Source of the DNA: Candidatus Krumholzibacteriia bacterium
GTDB lineage: Bacteria > Krumholzibacteriota > Krumholzibacteriia > WVZY01
Reading direction: 5' to 3'
DNA: 27,775 nucleotides
NCBI GenBank assembly: GCA_046754105.1
Contig: JBHHVD010000040.1
Location: 1-27,775, forward strand
Part shown: in pieces, positions 17,077 through 26,660 of the stretch
How the letters are laid out: every line of letters starts with the position of its first letter
Position numbering within the stretch: position 1 is the first letter of the stretch
The notes under the pieces: model-generated
Database searches by the model: none
Told to the model about the DNA's origin: nothing
The model's input: only the letters and a program-made list of their open reading frames with translations
Made by a program: the position numbers and the translations under genes

Positions 17077-18302
17077 GCGCGGAACGAAAGCCCAGGGTGC
17101 TGCTGATAAAGCCGGTGCTGCCGTTCCCCCCGAACCAGGGGACGAAGGTCGCGTCCTTCGGTCTGATCAAGGCGCTGCAAAGAGATTTCGACGTCACCGT
17201 TCTCGCTCGCATCCTCGGCGCCGAGGAGAACGAGCCCGCGCGCGAGTTGGAGAGATGGTGCGCGCGCGTGGTCACGGTGATGGCGCCCAACCGCCGGTCG
17301 GCTCTCCATCGGGTTTTCTACAAACTCTATTACTACCTCGTCTCGATCCTCACCCGCCGCTCGCTCAAGGGCCTCTACGATTGCCCGCGGCCGTTCCTGC
17401 GCGCCGCCCGTGAGCTGTCCCGCGAAGGGTTCGACCTGGTCATCGTCGAGTACTGGCAGCTGCGGGCCATGCTCGATCTCTTTCCCAGGGAGAAGTGCAT
17501 CCTGCTGACCCACGACATCGACATGCTGGTGAATCGGAAGATTTCACTCCTCGAACGCAACCTGATGAGAAAACTGCAGGCCGTCCGCCGCTGGCTCCTC
17601 GAACAGAAGGAAGAGGTGCGCGCGTATCGGGCGGCCGCCCACGTCTGGGCGCTGACCGAGCGCGACAAGCTGGCGGTCGAGAGTCTGTGCCGCGACGACA
17701 CCACGGTCGAGGTCATGCCGTTCGGGCTCGACGTCGATTTCCTGCTCCCGTCCGGCATGGCGCGCAACCCGGGCGAGGTCTTGTTCCTCGGCCATATGGG
17801 GGCTCTGTTCAACCGGGACGCGCTGGATTATTTCGTACGCAAGATACACCCGCTCATGGACGAACTGGAGGGGTTGTCCATCACGATCGTCGGGGGCAAC
17901 TTGCCGAAAGAACTGGAGTTCTTCGCGCTGCAGCCGGAGGTGGAAGTCGTGGGCACCGTCGCCGACGTCCGTCCCTATCTGCACCGAGCCGCCTGCCTGG
18001 TGATCCCCCTTCGCTTCGGTGGAGGACTGCGCATCCGCATTCTGGAGGCGATGTCAGCCGGCGTGCCCATCGTGTGCAGTGCCGCGGCCATTGCCGGCAT
18101 GCCTTTCGAGGCGGGCAGGGAATTCCTCGTCGCCGAGACCCCTGCGGAGTACGCCGCCCAGGTGGGACGCGTCCTCGCGGACGGTGAAACCGGCGCCCGG
18201 CTCTCCGAGGCGGCGCTGGCCAAGGTGCGCAGCGCCTACGGGGTCGAGGCCCAGGCGGCTCGCGTGGTGGAAATGGTCCGCCACCGGATTACGGCCTCGT
18301 GA
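17073..18302 (+). CDS. GT4 glycosyltransferase (subtype common in PEP-CTERM-associated EPS loci)
   Basis: PFPPNQG, N.DAL.YF and PLRFGGGLRIRILEAMSAGVP. TTG start in a TTGA overlap with SD GGGAG. Confidence 0.88.
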   Translation: MSAERKPRVLLIKPVLPFPPNQGTKVASFGLIKALQRDFDVTVLARILGAEENEPARELERWCARVVTVMAPNRRSALHRVFYKLYYYLVSILTRRSLKGLYDCPRPFLRAARELSREGFDLVIVEYWQLRAMLDLFPREKCILLTHDIDMLVNRKISLLERNLMRKLQAVRRWLLEQKEEVRAYRAAAHVWALTERDKLAVESLCRDDTTVEVMPFGLDVDFLLPSGMARNPGEVLFLGHMGALFNRDALDYFVRKIHPLMDELEGLSITIVGGNLPKELEFFALQPEVEVVGTVADVRPYLHRAACLVIPLRFGGGLRIRILEAMSAGVPIVCSAAAIAGMPFEAGREFLVAETPAEYAAQVGRVLADGETGARLSEAALAKVRSAYGVEAQAARVVEMVRHRITAS

Positions 18303-18349
18303 CGGCCTCTGGAGGCCTTCTTCGCCCGAAAAGCCCGCTAAAAAACTGC

Positions 18350-18378
18350 TGGAAATGAACTTCGGATTATGATATCCT
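18350..18378 (+). promoter_or_regulatory. Putative internal promoter for the second sub-operon
   Basis: AT-rich 140-nt gap. TGGAAA (18350-18355), 17-nt spacer, TGa-TATCCT (18370-18378). A short hairpin GGCCTC-TG-GAGGCC sits at 18304-18317. Confidence 0.4.
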
Positions 18379-18443
18379 AGACGAGCTAAGTCAGAGTTTC
18401 AGGGGATGTTAGTTAGCCAGGCACCATAGGGCATAACAGCGAA

Positions 18444-19562
18444 ATGGATCGGATCCACAGAGTACCTTTTCTTGATCTGAATTCCCAGATAGAACCGATT
18501 CGAAGCGAAATATACAGCGCCATTCAGACCACGATCGACGCTTCCGACTTCGTTCTGGGTCCTCAGCTCGAGGCCTTCGAATCCGCTTTTGCCGACTACT
18601 GCGGGACCCGCTATGCGGTCGGCGTAAGTTCGGGCACCGATGCGCTCTATCTCACCTTGCGCGCGATCGGCGTCGGCCCGGGCGACGAAGTCGTCACCAC
18701 CCCCAACATGTTCATCGCCGCCGTCGAGGCCATCGCGAGGACGGGCGCCACGCCGGTGCTCGTGGATGTGCTGGAAGACACGTATTGTATCGATCCCGAA
18801 GCGCTCGAGAGCGCGGTGACCGACCGAACGCGGGCCGTCATACCCGTTCATCTCTTCGGGACGCCCGCCGACATGGATCCGCTGATGGCGCTCGCCGCCC
18901 GGCGCGGGTTCCAGGTCATCGAAGACGCCTGCCAGGCGCACGGTGCGACGTATGGGGGCGAGCGCGTGGGGGCGATCGGGCATGCGGCGGCGTTTTCGTT
19001 TTACCCCACCAAGAATCTGGGGGGATTCGGTGACGGTGGAGCGATCACGACGGATGACCCCGATATCGAGCGAAGGGTGAGGATGCTTCGCCATCATGCC
19101 CAGTCAGAGAGAAATACACACACGGAAGTCGGTTACAACAGCAGGTTGGACGGCATCCAGGCGGCGGTGTTGAAAACGAAGCTTCCGCACCTGGATCGTT
19201 GGAACTCTCGGCGGAGGGAGCTGGCGCTCCGTTACCGCGAGGGGCTCCGCGGGTCGGATTATTCATTACAGGAGGTGCCGGAACAGACAGAGACCGTTTA
19301 CCATGTGTTCGCGGCGCGCCACCCAAGGCGCGAACTCGTGCACGAGCAGTTGGATCAGTCGAAGGTTGGTTACGGCCGGCATATCGCCCGGCCGATCCAT
19401 GAGCAGCCCGGTTATCGCTTCCTAGGCTACGACAGGGGGGCGTTTCCGGTAAGTGAGAAGCTTTGTGACGAAGTCGTATCGTTGCCGATTTATCCATCAA
19501 TGACCGAAGCGCAGGTCGATTACGTAGTCGACGCGCTGGTCAAGGTGAACGTTTCGGTGTGA
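18444..19562 (+). CDS. DegT/DnrJ/EryC1/StrS PLP-dependent nucleotide-sugar aminotransferase
   Basis: VPFLDL, SSGTDAL, GPGDEV, IEDACQAHGA, SFYPTKNLG (PLP Lys), GYNSRLD and SLPIYP. Confidence 0.95.
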   Translation: MDRIHRVPFLDLNSQIEPIRSEIYSAIQTTIDASDFVLGPQLEAFESAFADYCGTRYAVGVSSGTDALYLTLRAIGVGPGDEVVTTPNMFIAAVEAIARTGATPVLVDVLEDTYCIDPEALESAVTDRTRAVIPVHLFGTPADMDPLMALAARRGFQVIEDACQAHGATYGGERVGAIGHAAAFSFYPTKNLGGFGDGGAITTDDPDIERRVRMLRHHAQSERNTHTEVGYNSRLDGIQAAVLKTKLPHLDRWNSRRRELALRYREGLRGSDYSLQEVPEQTETVYHVFAARHPRRELVHEQLDQSKVGYGRHIARPIHEQPGYRFLGYDRGAFPVSEKLCDEVVSLPIYPSMTEAQVDYVVDALVKVNVSV

Positions 19563-19592
19563 TGCTAACCCCACTCACGAAGGACAGCAGCC

Positions 19593-20333
19593 GTGAAGAA
19601 GAACCTTGCAGCCTATCGATACCTCGATGAAAAAGTCATACCGCTCTACGTGCCGGAAGCGTCGTTACGCTCGATAGACGAGCGTATTTCCAAATCGTCC
19701 AGCGCCGACCTGGCCGTGAAGCGAGTATGTGACCTTTTTTTCTCCACTTTTATTCTTATCTTCGGGTTCCCGTTCTACGCGTTGATCGCCCTGTTGATCA
19801 AGTTGACGTCGAGCGGGCCGGTGTTGTTCGTCCAGGAAAGGGTCGGAAAAGACGGCAAGGCTTTCCGGCTGTATAAATTCAGGACCATGGCGGATCGGAA
19901 TAACGACAACGTCCACCGGACCTTCACCGAGAACTTTATCAAGGGTGAAATGTCGGGCGGTAATGGCACGGAAAAGAAGCTCTTCAAGCTCGAGAAGGAT
20001 CCACGGATAACTTCTATCGGACGGTTCCTCCGCAGGACGAGTCTCGACGAGCTACCTCAGTTCATCAACGTTTTCAAGGGTGAAATGACGGTCGTTGGGC
20101 CGCGTCCCCCCGTCACCTACGAGTATCACCATTACCAGGAATGGCACAAGAAGCGGCTCGCCGTGAAACCCGGTCTGACCGGGTTATGGCAGGTCAGCGG
20201 GCGCAGCTCGGTGCCATTCGATGAAATGGTGATGCTGGACCTCTACTACATCGAGAACTGGTCTTTGCTTCTCGACAGCAAAATAATTCTGAGAACGGTG
20301 CCGGTAATGCTCTCCGGTTCTGGAGGCTACTAG
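19593..20333 (+). CDS. Second small phosphoglycosyl transferase (bacterial sugar transferase)
   Basis: KRVCD, GPVLFVQERVG, YKFRTM, DPRIT, SLDELPQ, VGPRP and PGLTGLWQVSGRS. SD AAGGA before GTG. Confidence 0.93.
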   Translation: MKKNLAAYRYLDEKVIPLYVPEASLRSIDERISKSSSADLAVKRVCDLFFSTFILIFGFPFYALIALLIKLTSSGPVLFVQERVGKDGKAFRLYKFRTMADRNNDNVHRTFTENFIKGEMSGGNGTEKKLFKLEKDPRITSIGRFLRRTSLDELPQFINVFKGEMTVVGPRPPVTYEYHHYQEWHKKRLAVKPGLTGLWQVSGRSSVPFDEMVMLDLYYIENWSLLLDSKIILRTVPVMLSGSGGY

Positions 20334-20368
20334 GACTCACCGCTCTCGAAGGGAAAGCACAGCACGCA

Positions 20369-21445
20369 ATGACTCAACAGCCTCTGGGAATAGGTGTAAT
20401 CGGTTGCGGCTACTGGGGCCCGAACCTGATTCGTAACTTCAATCAAATCTCCAGCTCCAGGGTGATCGTGGGCTCGGACCTCAGCGAAGAGCGTCTCGGC
20501 CACATGAAGAATCTGTATCCCCACCTGCGCACCACGCGTGACTACAAGGAACTGCTGGCGAACGACGACATCCACGCGATAGCGATCGCGACGCCGCCTC
20601 GGTCGCATTTCGAGATCGCAATGGACTGCCTGGAGGCAGGCAAGCATGTCTTCGTGGAAAAGCCGCTGGCAACGGCCACCAACCAGTGCGAGGCTCTCAT
20701 CGCGACGGCCCGCAAGAACAACCTCACGCTCATGGTGGGTCATACCTTCGTGTATACGGCCGCGGTCAACAAGATCAAGGAGGTCATCGAGTCCGGAGAG
20801 CTCGGTGACGTTTACTATATCAATACGACGCGAGTGAACCTGGGGATCTTTCAGGACGACATAAACGTCGTGTGGGACCTTGCGCCCCACGACGTTTCGA
20901 TCATGAATTACATTCTGGATTCGATGCCTGAAGAGGTCACCGCCCAAGGGCACGGGTACATACGCAACGAAGTCGAGGACGTCGCCTTTCTTACCATCAA
21001 GTATCCGGGCTCGGTGATGGCGCACATTCACGTCAGCTGGCTCAACCCCAACAAGCTCCGCTCTACGACCGTCGTGGGCAGCAAGAAGATGCTCGTTTAC
21101 GACGATATCAGCTCACTCGAGAAGATCCGAATCTACGACAAGGGTGTCACCGTCCAACCGCACTACGACACCTTCGGTGAGTTCCAGCTCTCGTATCGTT
21201 TCGGTGATATCTTCATCCCCAAACTCGACGACAGCGAGCCGCTCAAGATCGCCTGCCAGCACTTCACCGACTGCATTCGCGAGGGGCGCACGCCGAGAAG
21301 CTCCGCGGAGCACGGCCTGGACGTGGTGCGGGTGATCGAGGCGTCGGACGAATCGCTGGCCTTGGGAGGCGCGGCAATTCCGCTCACCGGTCACGCGGCG
21401 GCGGCGGTGCCTTCGAATACCCCTGAGGCTAAGAAGAAAAAATAG
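20369..21445 (+). CDS. Gfo/Idh/MocA NAD-dependent oxidoreductase (WbpB/WlbA/GnnA-like)
   Basis: GVIGCGYWG Rossmann motif, [14 protein letters not shown] and WDLAPHD. Confidence 0.93.
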   Translation: MTQQPLGIGVIGCGYWGPNLIRNFNQISSSRVIVGSDLSEERLGHMKNLYPHLRTTRDYKELLANDDIHAIAIATPPRSHFEIAMDCLEAGKHVFVEKPLATATNQCEALIATARKNNLTLMVGHTFVYTAAVNKIKEVIESGELGDVYYINTTRVNLGIFQDDINVVWDLAPHDVSIMNYILDSMPEEVTAQGHGYIRNEVEDVAFLTIKYPGSVMAHIHVSWLNPNKLRSTTVVGSKKMLVYDDISSLEKIRIYDKGVTVQPHYDTFGEFQLSYRFGDIFIPKLDDSEPLKIACQHFTDCIREGRTPRSSAEHGLDVVRVIEASDESLALGGAAIPLTGHAAAAVPSNTPEAKKKK

Positions 21446-21453
21446 GTGTTCCA

Positions 21454-22077
21454 GTGGACAACGTTGGTAAACTGCTGATTGGCGACGGCGCCAATGTCGA
21501 TGACGGAGTGCACATGGCCTACTTGTCGGTGCGGCCGGACGTAGCGGACGTGCTCGAGGTGGGCAAGAACGCCACGGTACGCTCGGGGAGCGTCCTCTAT
21601 GCGGGCACCATGATCGGTGACGACCTGCAAACGGGCCACAACGTGATCATCCGCGAGGAAAACAAGATCGGCAACCACCTCTCCATCTGGAACAACTCTA
21701 TCGTCGACTACGGCTGCCAGATCGGTAACGAGGTCAAGATCCACTGCAACTGTTACGTCGCTCAGTTCACGACGCTCGAAGACGGCGTTTTCCTCGCACC
21801 CGGCGTCACCATCGCCAACGATATCCATCCGGGCTGTCCCGACTCCAGGCGCTGCATGAAAGGCCCCACGCTGAAAAAGGGAGTCCAGATCGGCGTCAAC
21901 GTGACCATACTGCCGTACGTCACCATCGGCGAGAACTCGCTCATCGGCGGCGGCTCGGTCGTCACCCAGGACATTCCACCGAACTCCGTGGTCTATGGCA
22001 ACCCCGGACGCGTGCACGGGTCGATCTTCGACCTCAAGTGTACGACGGACATCAGGGACCGGGGCCCTTACGTGTAA
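21454..22077 (+). CDS. Hexapeptide-repeat acyltransferase (WbpD/WlbB-like N-acetyltransferase)
   Basis: Left-handed beta-helix repeats, [21 protein letters not shown] and YGNPGR. SD AGGTG before GTG. Confidence 0.9.
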   Translation: MDNVGKLLIGDGANVDDGVHMAYLSVRPDVADVLEVGKNATVRSGSVLYAGTMIGDDLQTGHNVIIREENKIGNHLSIWNNSIVDYGCQIGNEVKIHCNCYVAQFTTLEDGVFLAPGVTIANDIHPGCPDSRRCMKGPTLKKGVQIGVNVTILPYVTIGENSLIGGGSVVTQDIPPNSVVYGNPGRVHGSIFDLKCTTDIRDRGPYV

Positions 22078-22091
22078 CTTTTCTCGTATCC

Positions 22092-23231
22092 GTGAAACGC
22101 ATCAAAGTTGCTTTTGTCGCCTCCACCCTCGACGTGGGGGGTGCGGAGAACGTTCTCTTCGACCTCGCCACGCGGCTGCCGGACGAGCGCTACCGGTCCG
22201 CCTTCTATTTCATGAAATCCCGCGGAGTGGTCGGGGCCAGGCTGCACGCGGCGGGCCATCGCGTGGCGGAGCGCCTCCAGCGCGGGCGCTTCGACCTGGC
22301 GGCGCCGTTCAAGCTGGCCGCCCGCCTGCGGCGCTTTTCTCCCGACGTCGTGCTGCTGCTCGATCATCACAACGCGATCCTGTGGGGGGGGCTGGCGGGG
22401 ATGCTCTGCGGAGCCGGCAAACGCGTCATCGCCTCGCACGCGACGGGCCGGATGGGGGGGCGGCCGAGTTTCACCCGCAGCGACCGTGCGATCGTCGCCA
22501 CGGCATCGGCGGTCGTCGCGCTCAGCGAGGCGCACGCGGGCTACTTGCGGGACGAGGAGGGAATACCGGCGTCGAAACTGGTGGTGATCGAGAACGGTAT
22601 CGATTGTGAGCGCTACGCAAACGCGGACGACGGCGGCGGTCTCCGCCGGGAACTCGGGATCGAGCGCGGAGAGCGCGTGGTGACGATGGTCGCGGCCCTG
22701 CGGCCCGAGAAGGCGCACGAGGCGTTGCTGGACGCCGCAGCCGGGCTGGTGGAGACGGGGGAGTCGTTGAAGTTCCTCATCGTGGGGGACGGGGAACGCC
22801 GGGCGGTGCTGGAACGCCGGGCGGGAAAGATGGGCCTCGGCGGGCGCGTACTCTTTCTTGGTGAGAGAGAAGACGTCCCCGCCTTGCTCGCGCTGTCCGA
22901 CGTACTCGTGCTGCCGTCCCACGCCGCCGTGGAGACGCTGCCTCTGGCGGTGCTCGAGGGGATGGCGGCGGGCGTGCCGGTGGTGGCGAGCCGGGTCGGT
23001 TCGCTGCCGGAGGTGATTTGCGACGGTGTAAATGGGCTGCTTATCGCGCCGGCAGATGCCGTTGGACTGGCACGCGCGGTTCGTGATATACTTACCCACC
23101 GTGCTCGAACGGCGCAAATGGTCGAAAAGGCCCGGGAGACGGTACGAGAGCGCTACGCGGTGGAAGGCATGGTGGCCGGCTACGAGACGCTGTTCGAGCG
23201 CCTCGCCACCCAGGAGGAACCCAGGCAATGA
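22092..23231 (+). CDS. GT4 glycosyltransferase
   Basis: GGAEN, IENGID, PEKAH and ETLPLAVLEGMA. Start set at GTG 22092, after the upstream stop at 22077. Confidence 0.92.
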   Translation: MKRIKVAFVASTLDVGGAENVLFDLATRLPDERYRSAFYFMKSRGVVGARLHAAGHRVAERLQRGRFDLAAPFKLAARLRRFSPDVVLLLDHHNAILWGGLAGMLCGAGKRVIASHATGRMGGRPSFTRSDRAIVATASAVVALSEAHAGYLRDEEGIPASKLVVIENGIDCERYANADDGGGLRRELGIERGERVVTMVAALRPEKAHEALLDAAAGLVETGESLKFLIVGDGERRAVLERRAGKMGLGGRVLFLGEREDVPALLALSDVLVLPSHAAVETLPLAVLEGMAAGVPVVASRVGSLPEVICDGVNGLLIAPADAVGLARAVRDILTHRARTAQMVEKARETVRERYAVEGMVAGYETLFERLATQEEPRQ

Positions 23232-24217
23232 CAAAGGCCCGATATCCGACCGACGCGATCATAGCACTCACCTACCGGTGCGACGCACGCTGCGAGATGT
23301 GCAATATCTGGCAGATCAAGCCGCAGGAGTTCCTCTCGGTCGACGATTACGCCAAGGTGCCCGAGACGCTCAACGATATCAACATCTCCGGCGGCGAGGC
23401 GTTCATGCGCAAGGACGTCGTCGACATCGTCAAGGTCATAAACGACAAGTGCAACCAGCCCAGGATCGTCGTATCGACCAACGGTTTTCGTACCAAGCAG
23501 ATTGTCGCGGCGATGGAAGAGTTGCGCAAGACGATCCCCGATATCGGTATCGGGGTCTCCCTCGATGGCATCGGCGAGACGCACGACCGCGTCCGCGGCG
23601 TTCGCGACGCGTACAAGAAGTCTCTGGCCACGCTGCACCAGCTCAAGGAACGCGAGTTCTCGAACGTGCGCATCGGGTTTACGGCCCTCGACGGCAACGT
23701 GGGCGAGATGCGCAAGGTCTACGACCTCGCCGGCTCGCTCGGCGTCCAGTTCACGACGGCCGTCGCGCAAAATTCGGATATCTACTTCAGCACCCAGTCC
23801 AACGAGCACCTCAACGGCAACCGCCTGGCCGACGCGCTCGGTTACGTGATCAAGAGCGAGCTGCTCAGCTATCACCCCAAGCGCTGGATGCGAGCCTATT
23901 TCGAATCAGGCACGCTTCTCTTTAACGAAGAGAGCCGGCGGCTCCTCAAGTGCAGCGCGGCCCTCGATTTCTTTTACCTCGCGCCGGAAGGCCGCGTCTA
24001 CCCCTGCCTGACCATTCCGTCCCCGCTCGGTGATCTCAAGGGCCACACCTTCGAGGACGTGTGGCAGAGCGAGCAGGCCGACCGCGTTCGCGCCGAGATC
24101 GACGGCTGTGAGAAGTGCTGGATGATCTGCACCGCGCGTACCGCTCTCAAGAAAAACGTTCCCAGGGTCCTGTCGTGGATCGCGAAGGAGAAGGTCAAGA
24201 CTCACCTGGCGAACTAG
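23228..24217 (+). CDS. Radical SAM enzyme with SPASM/Twitch-type C-terminal Fe-S domain
   Basis: CDARCEMC (CxxxCxxC), SGGEAF, STNG and VSLDG. C-terminal C...GRVYPC...CEKCWMIC. ATGA overlap. Confidence 0.92.
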   Translation: MTKARYPTDAIIALTYRCDARCEMCNIWQIKPQEFLSVDDYAKVPETLNDINISGGEAFMRKDVVDIVKVINDKCNQPRIVVSTNGFRTKQIVAAMEELRKTIPDIGIGVSLDGIGETHDRVRGVRDAYKKSLATLHQLKEREFSNVRIGFTALDGNVGEMRKVYDLAGSLGVQFTTAVAQNSDIYFSTQSNEHLNGNRLADALGYVIKSELLSYHPKRWMRAYFESGTLLFNEESRRLLKCSAALDFFYLAPEGRVYPCLTIPSPLGDLKGHTFEDVWQSEQADRVRAEIDGCEKCWMICTARTALKKNVPRVLSWIAKEKVKTHLAN

Positions 24218-24221
24218 CGGC

Positions 24222-25457
24222 ATGCGTGTCCTCCAGATAAACAAGTTTTTTTTTGAGAAAGGCGGGACGGAGCGATACTACTTCGCGCTGTCCCGCGCGC
24301 TGGAGAGCCGCGGCCACGAGGTAAGCCATTTCTCCATGCACGATCCGCGCAATCTGCCGTCACCGCAGGCCCGCCATTTCGTCGGCCACACGGACTTGAG
24401 GGGTGGCTATTCGGCCCTGCAGAGCGTGCCCCGCGGGCTGGCCTTCATCCGCTCGCGCGAGGCGGCCTCCAAACTCGGTCGGCTCATCGCCGAAAAGCGC
24501 CCCGAGATCGCCCATCTCCACAACATCTACCATCACATTACGCCGTCGATCATTCCCGTCCTCGAAGCGGCGGGTGTGCCGGTCGTGATGACGCTGCACG
24601 ACTACAAACTGATCTGCCCCAACTACTCGCTCTTCGACGGCCGCTCGTACTGTTTCCGGTGCAGGGGAGGGCGGTTTTTCCGCGCGCCGTTTGCGCGCTG
24701 CAGCGAGGGGTCGTTCTTGAAGAGCGCGCTGCTGGCCATCGAGTCCTACTGGCAAAAGGCGACGGGTGTCTACGGCGCGGTGAAGTTCTTTCTCGCGCCC
24801 AGCCGCTACATCCGCGCGCAGTACGTCGCCGAAGGGTTCGACGAAGAGCGCGTCATCTACCTGCCTGCGTTTGTCGAATCAAGGGAGGGTGGGCAACCGG
24901 CGGAGCGGCGCGGGGACCTCCCGGAGCGCTACGTGCTCTACCTCGGGCGGTTGAGCAGGGAAAAGGGGCTCTTGACCCTCATGAGCGCGATGGAGCGGCT
25001 CGACAGCGTGCCGCTCGTCGTTTGCGGGGACGGCCCGTTGCGGGACGAGATGCAGCGGCGGGCGGCGCGCGCCGGTGACGTGCGGCTTCTCGGTCACGTG
25101 GAGCGCGCGGGGTTGCAGCCGGTAATCGCCGGTGCGGCGGCCGTCGTGCAGCCCAGCGAGAGTCCGGAGAATGCTCCCTTCAGCGTGCTGGAAGCGATGG
25201 CGCTCGGAACACCGGTGATCGTTTCCGACATGGGGGGACTGCCAGAGCTGGCCGAAAGGGCGGCGGGCAAGGTGTTTCCCCGTGGTGACGCCGAGGTGCT
25301 GGCGCAGCGTGTGCGGGAGGTATGGCGGGACGGCGGCGCCGAGGCCGCGGTGCGGGGACCGCGTGCGATCGAGAGCGACTTCTCGCGAGACACCCACATG
25401 GAGCGGCTGGAGGCCGTGTACCGGCGGGCGCACGTGGCCGGAGGGGTTGGGGCATGA
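24222..25457 (+). CDS. GT4 glycosyltransferase (subtype with Cys-rich insert)
   Basis: GGTERY, HLHNIYH, TLHDYKLICP...CFRC...C, GRLSREKG and ENAPFSVLEAMA. Confidence 0.92.
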   Translation: MRVLQINKFFFEKGGTERYYFALSRALESRGHEVSHFSMHDPRNLPSPQARHFVGHTDLRGGYSALQSVPRGLAFIRSREAASKLGRLIAEKRPEIAHLHNIYHHITPSIIPVLEAAGVPVVMTLHDYKLICPNYSLFDGRSYCFRCRGGRFFRAPFARCSEGSFLKSALLAIESYWQKATGVYGAVKFFLAPSRYIRAQYVAEGFDEERVIYLPAFVESREGGQPAERRGDLPERYVLYLGRLSREKGLLTLMSAMERLDSVPLVVCGDGPLRDEMQRRAARAGDVRLLGHVERAGLQPVIAGAAAVVQPSESPENAPFSVLEAMALGTPVIVSDMGGLPELAERAAGKVFPRGDAEVLAQRVREVWRDGGAEAAVRGPRAIESDFSRDTHMERLEAVYRRAHVAGGVGA

Positions 25458-26608
25458 AGGACGCCTTGAAGATCGCCGTCATCGGCCAGAAGGGGATCCC
25501 CGCCCGGTACGGCGGGGTCGAGACCCACGTCGAGCAGATCTCGACGCGGCTTGCCGCGAAGGGGCACGACGTGTCGGTGTACTGCCGCAACCGCTTTCGA
25601 CCACCGGCGCGTGAGGTGACGGACTCGAACGGGTTCGAGATATCGGACGGCGGCCTGCGGTACAGGGGCGTGCGCCTGGTGTTCCGGCCGAGCATCACGA
25701 CCAAGCATCTCGACGCCGCCACGCACAGCCTGCTGTGCGCCGCCGAGACCGCCCTGCGGCGCTCGCTCGACATCGTCCATTTTCACGGCATCGGCCCGGC
25801 CGCCTTCGCGCCGATTCCGCGCGCGGCCGGGCGCACCGTCGTATCCACCGTGCACGCGCTCGACTACCGCCAGGCCAAGTGGGGGTGGTGGGCCCGCAAC
25901 CGGCTGCGGGAGGGTGAGGCCACGGCCGTCCGCAGGAGTGACGGAGTGATCGCCGTATCGCGGGTGCTGGCGAAGCACATCGCCGAGCGCTACGGCGTGG
26001 CCGCGCGCTATATTCCCAACGGGGCCACGGTAGAGCAGCCGGTGCCGCCGCGGCGGCTGCACGAGTACGGCCTGCAGGGAAATGACTACATACTCGCCGT
26101 CGGGCGCATCATCCCGGACCGCGGGCTCCACCACGTGATCGACGCCGTGCGCCGGCTGCACAAACCGGTCAAACTCGTCATCGTGGGTACCGAGGCGCCC
26201 AGGACCTCGTACTCACGGATGCTGGAGTCGGTGGCCGACGAGCGGGTCATTTTTACCGGTGACCTCTACGGCGAGGATCTTGCCGAGCTCTATTCCAACT
26301 GCCGGCTCTACGTGCTCGCCTCCGAGGTGGAGGGGCTTCCCATAACGGTCTGTGAGGCGATGGGGTACGGGCGGGCGGTGCTGCTGAGCGACATCCCGGA
26401 GAACCGCGAAGTCGGCGGCCCGGCGGCGGAATACTTCAAGGTACATGATGTTAGCAAGTTAACAGAACAACTTGAAGCGATGCTCGAAGACAGTTACGAT
26501 CTTGGGTCACGGGGCCGCCGGGGGGTGGAGCGGGTCGCCGGGCATTACAACTGGGACCGCCTGGCGGAAGAGGTCGAGGGGTACTATTACGAGGTCCTGG
26601 GGCGCTAG
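25454..26608 (+). CDS. GT4 glycosyltransferase
   Basis: IGQKGIPARYGGVE, IPNG and EGLPITVCEAMGYG..VLLSDIPEN. ATG 25454 in an ATGA overlap. Confidence 0.92.
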   Translation: MKDALKIAVIGQKGIPARYGGVETHVEQISTRLAAKGHDVSVYCRNRFRPPAREVTDSNGFEISDGGLRYRGVRLVFRPSITTKHLDAATHSLLCAAETALRRSLDIVHFHGIGPAAFAPIPRAAGRTVVSTVHALDYRQAKWGWWARNRLREGEATAVRRSDGVIAVSRVLAKHIAERYGVAARYIPNGATVEQPVPPRRLHEYGLQGNDYILAVGRIIPDRGLHHVIDAVRRLHKPVKLVIVGTEAPRTSYSRMLESVADERVIFTGDLYGEDLAELYSNCRLYVLASEVEGLPITVCEAMGYGRAVLLSDIPENREVGGPAAEYFKVHDVSKLTEQLEAMLEDSYDLGSRGRRGVERVAGHYNWDRLAEEVEGYYYEVLGR

Positions 26609-26660
26609 CGCTGCCGAAACTCGTTTTCGCCGCGCGGCCCGATCTGTTATGTTGTCTCCG

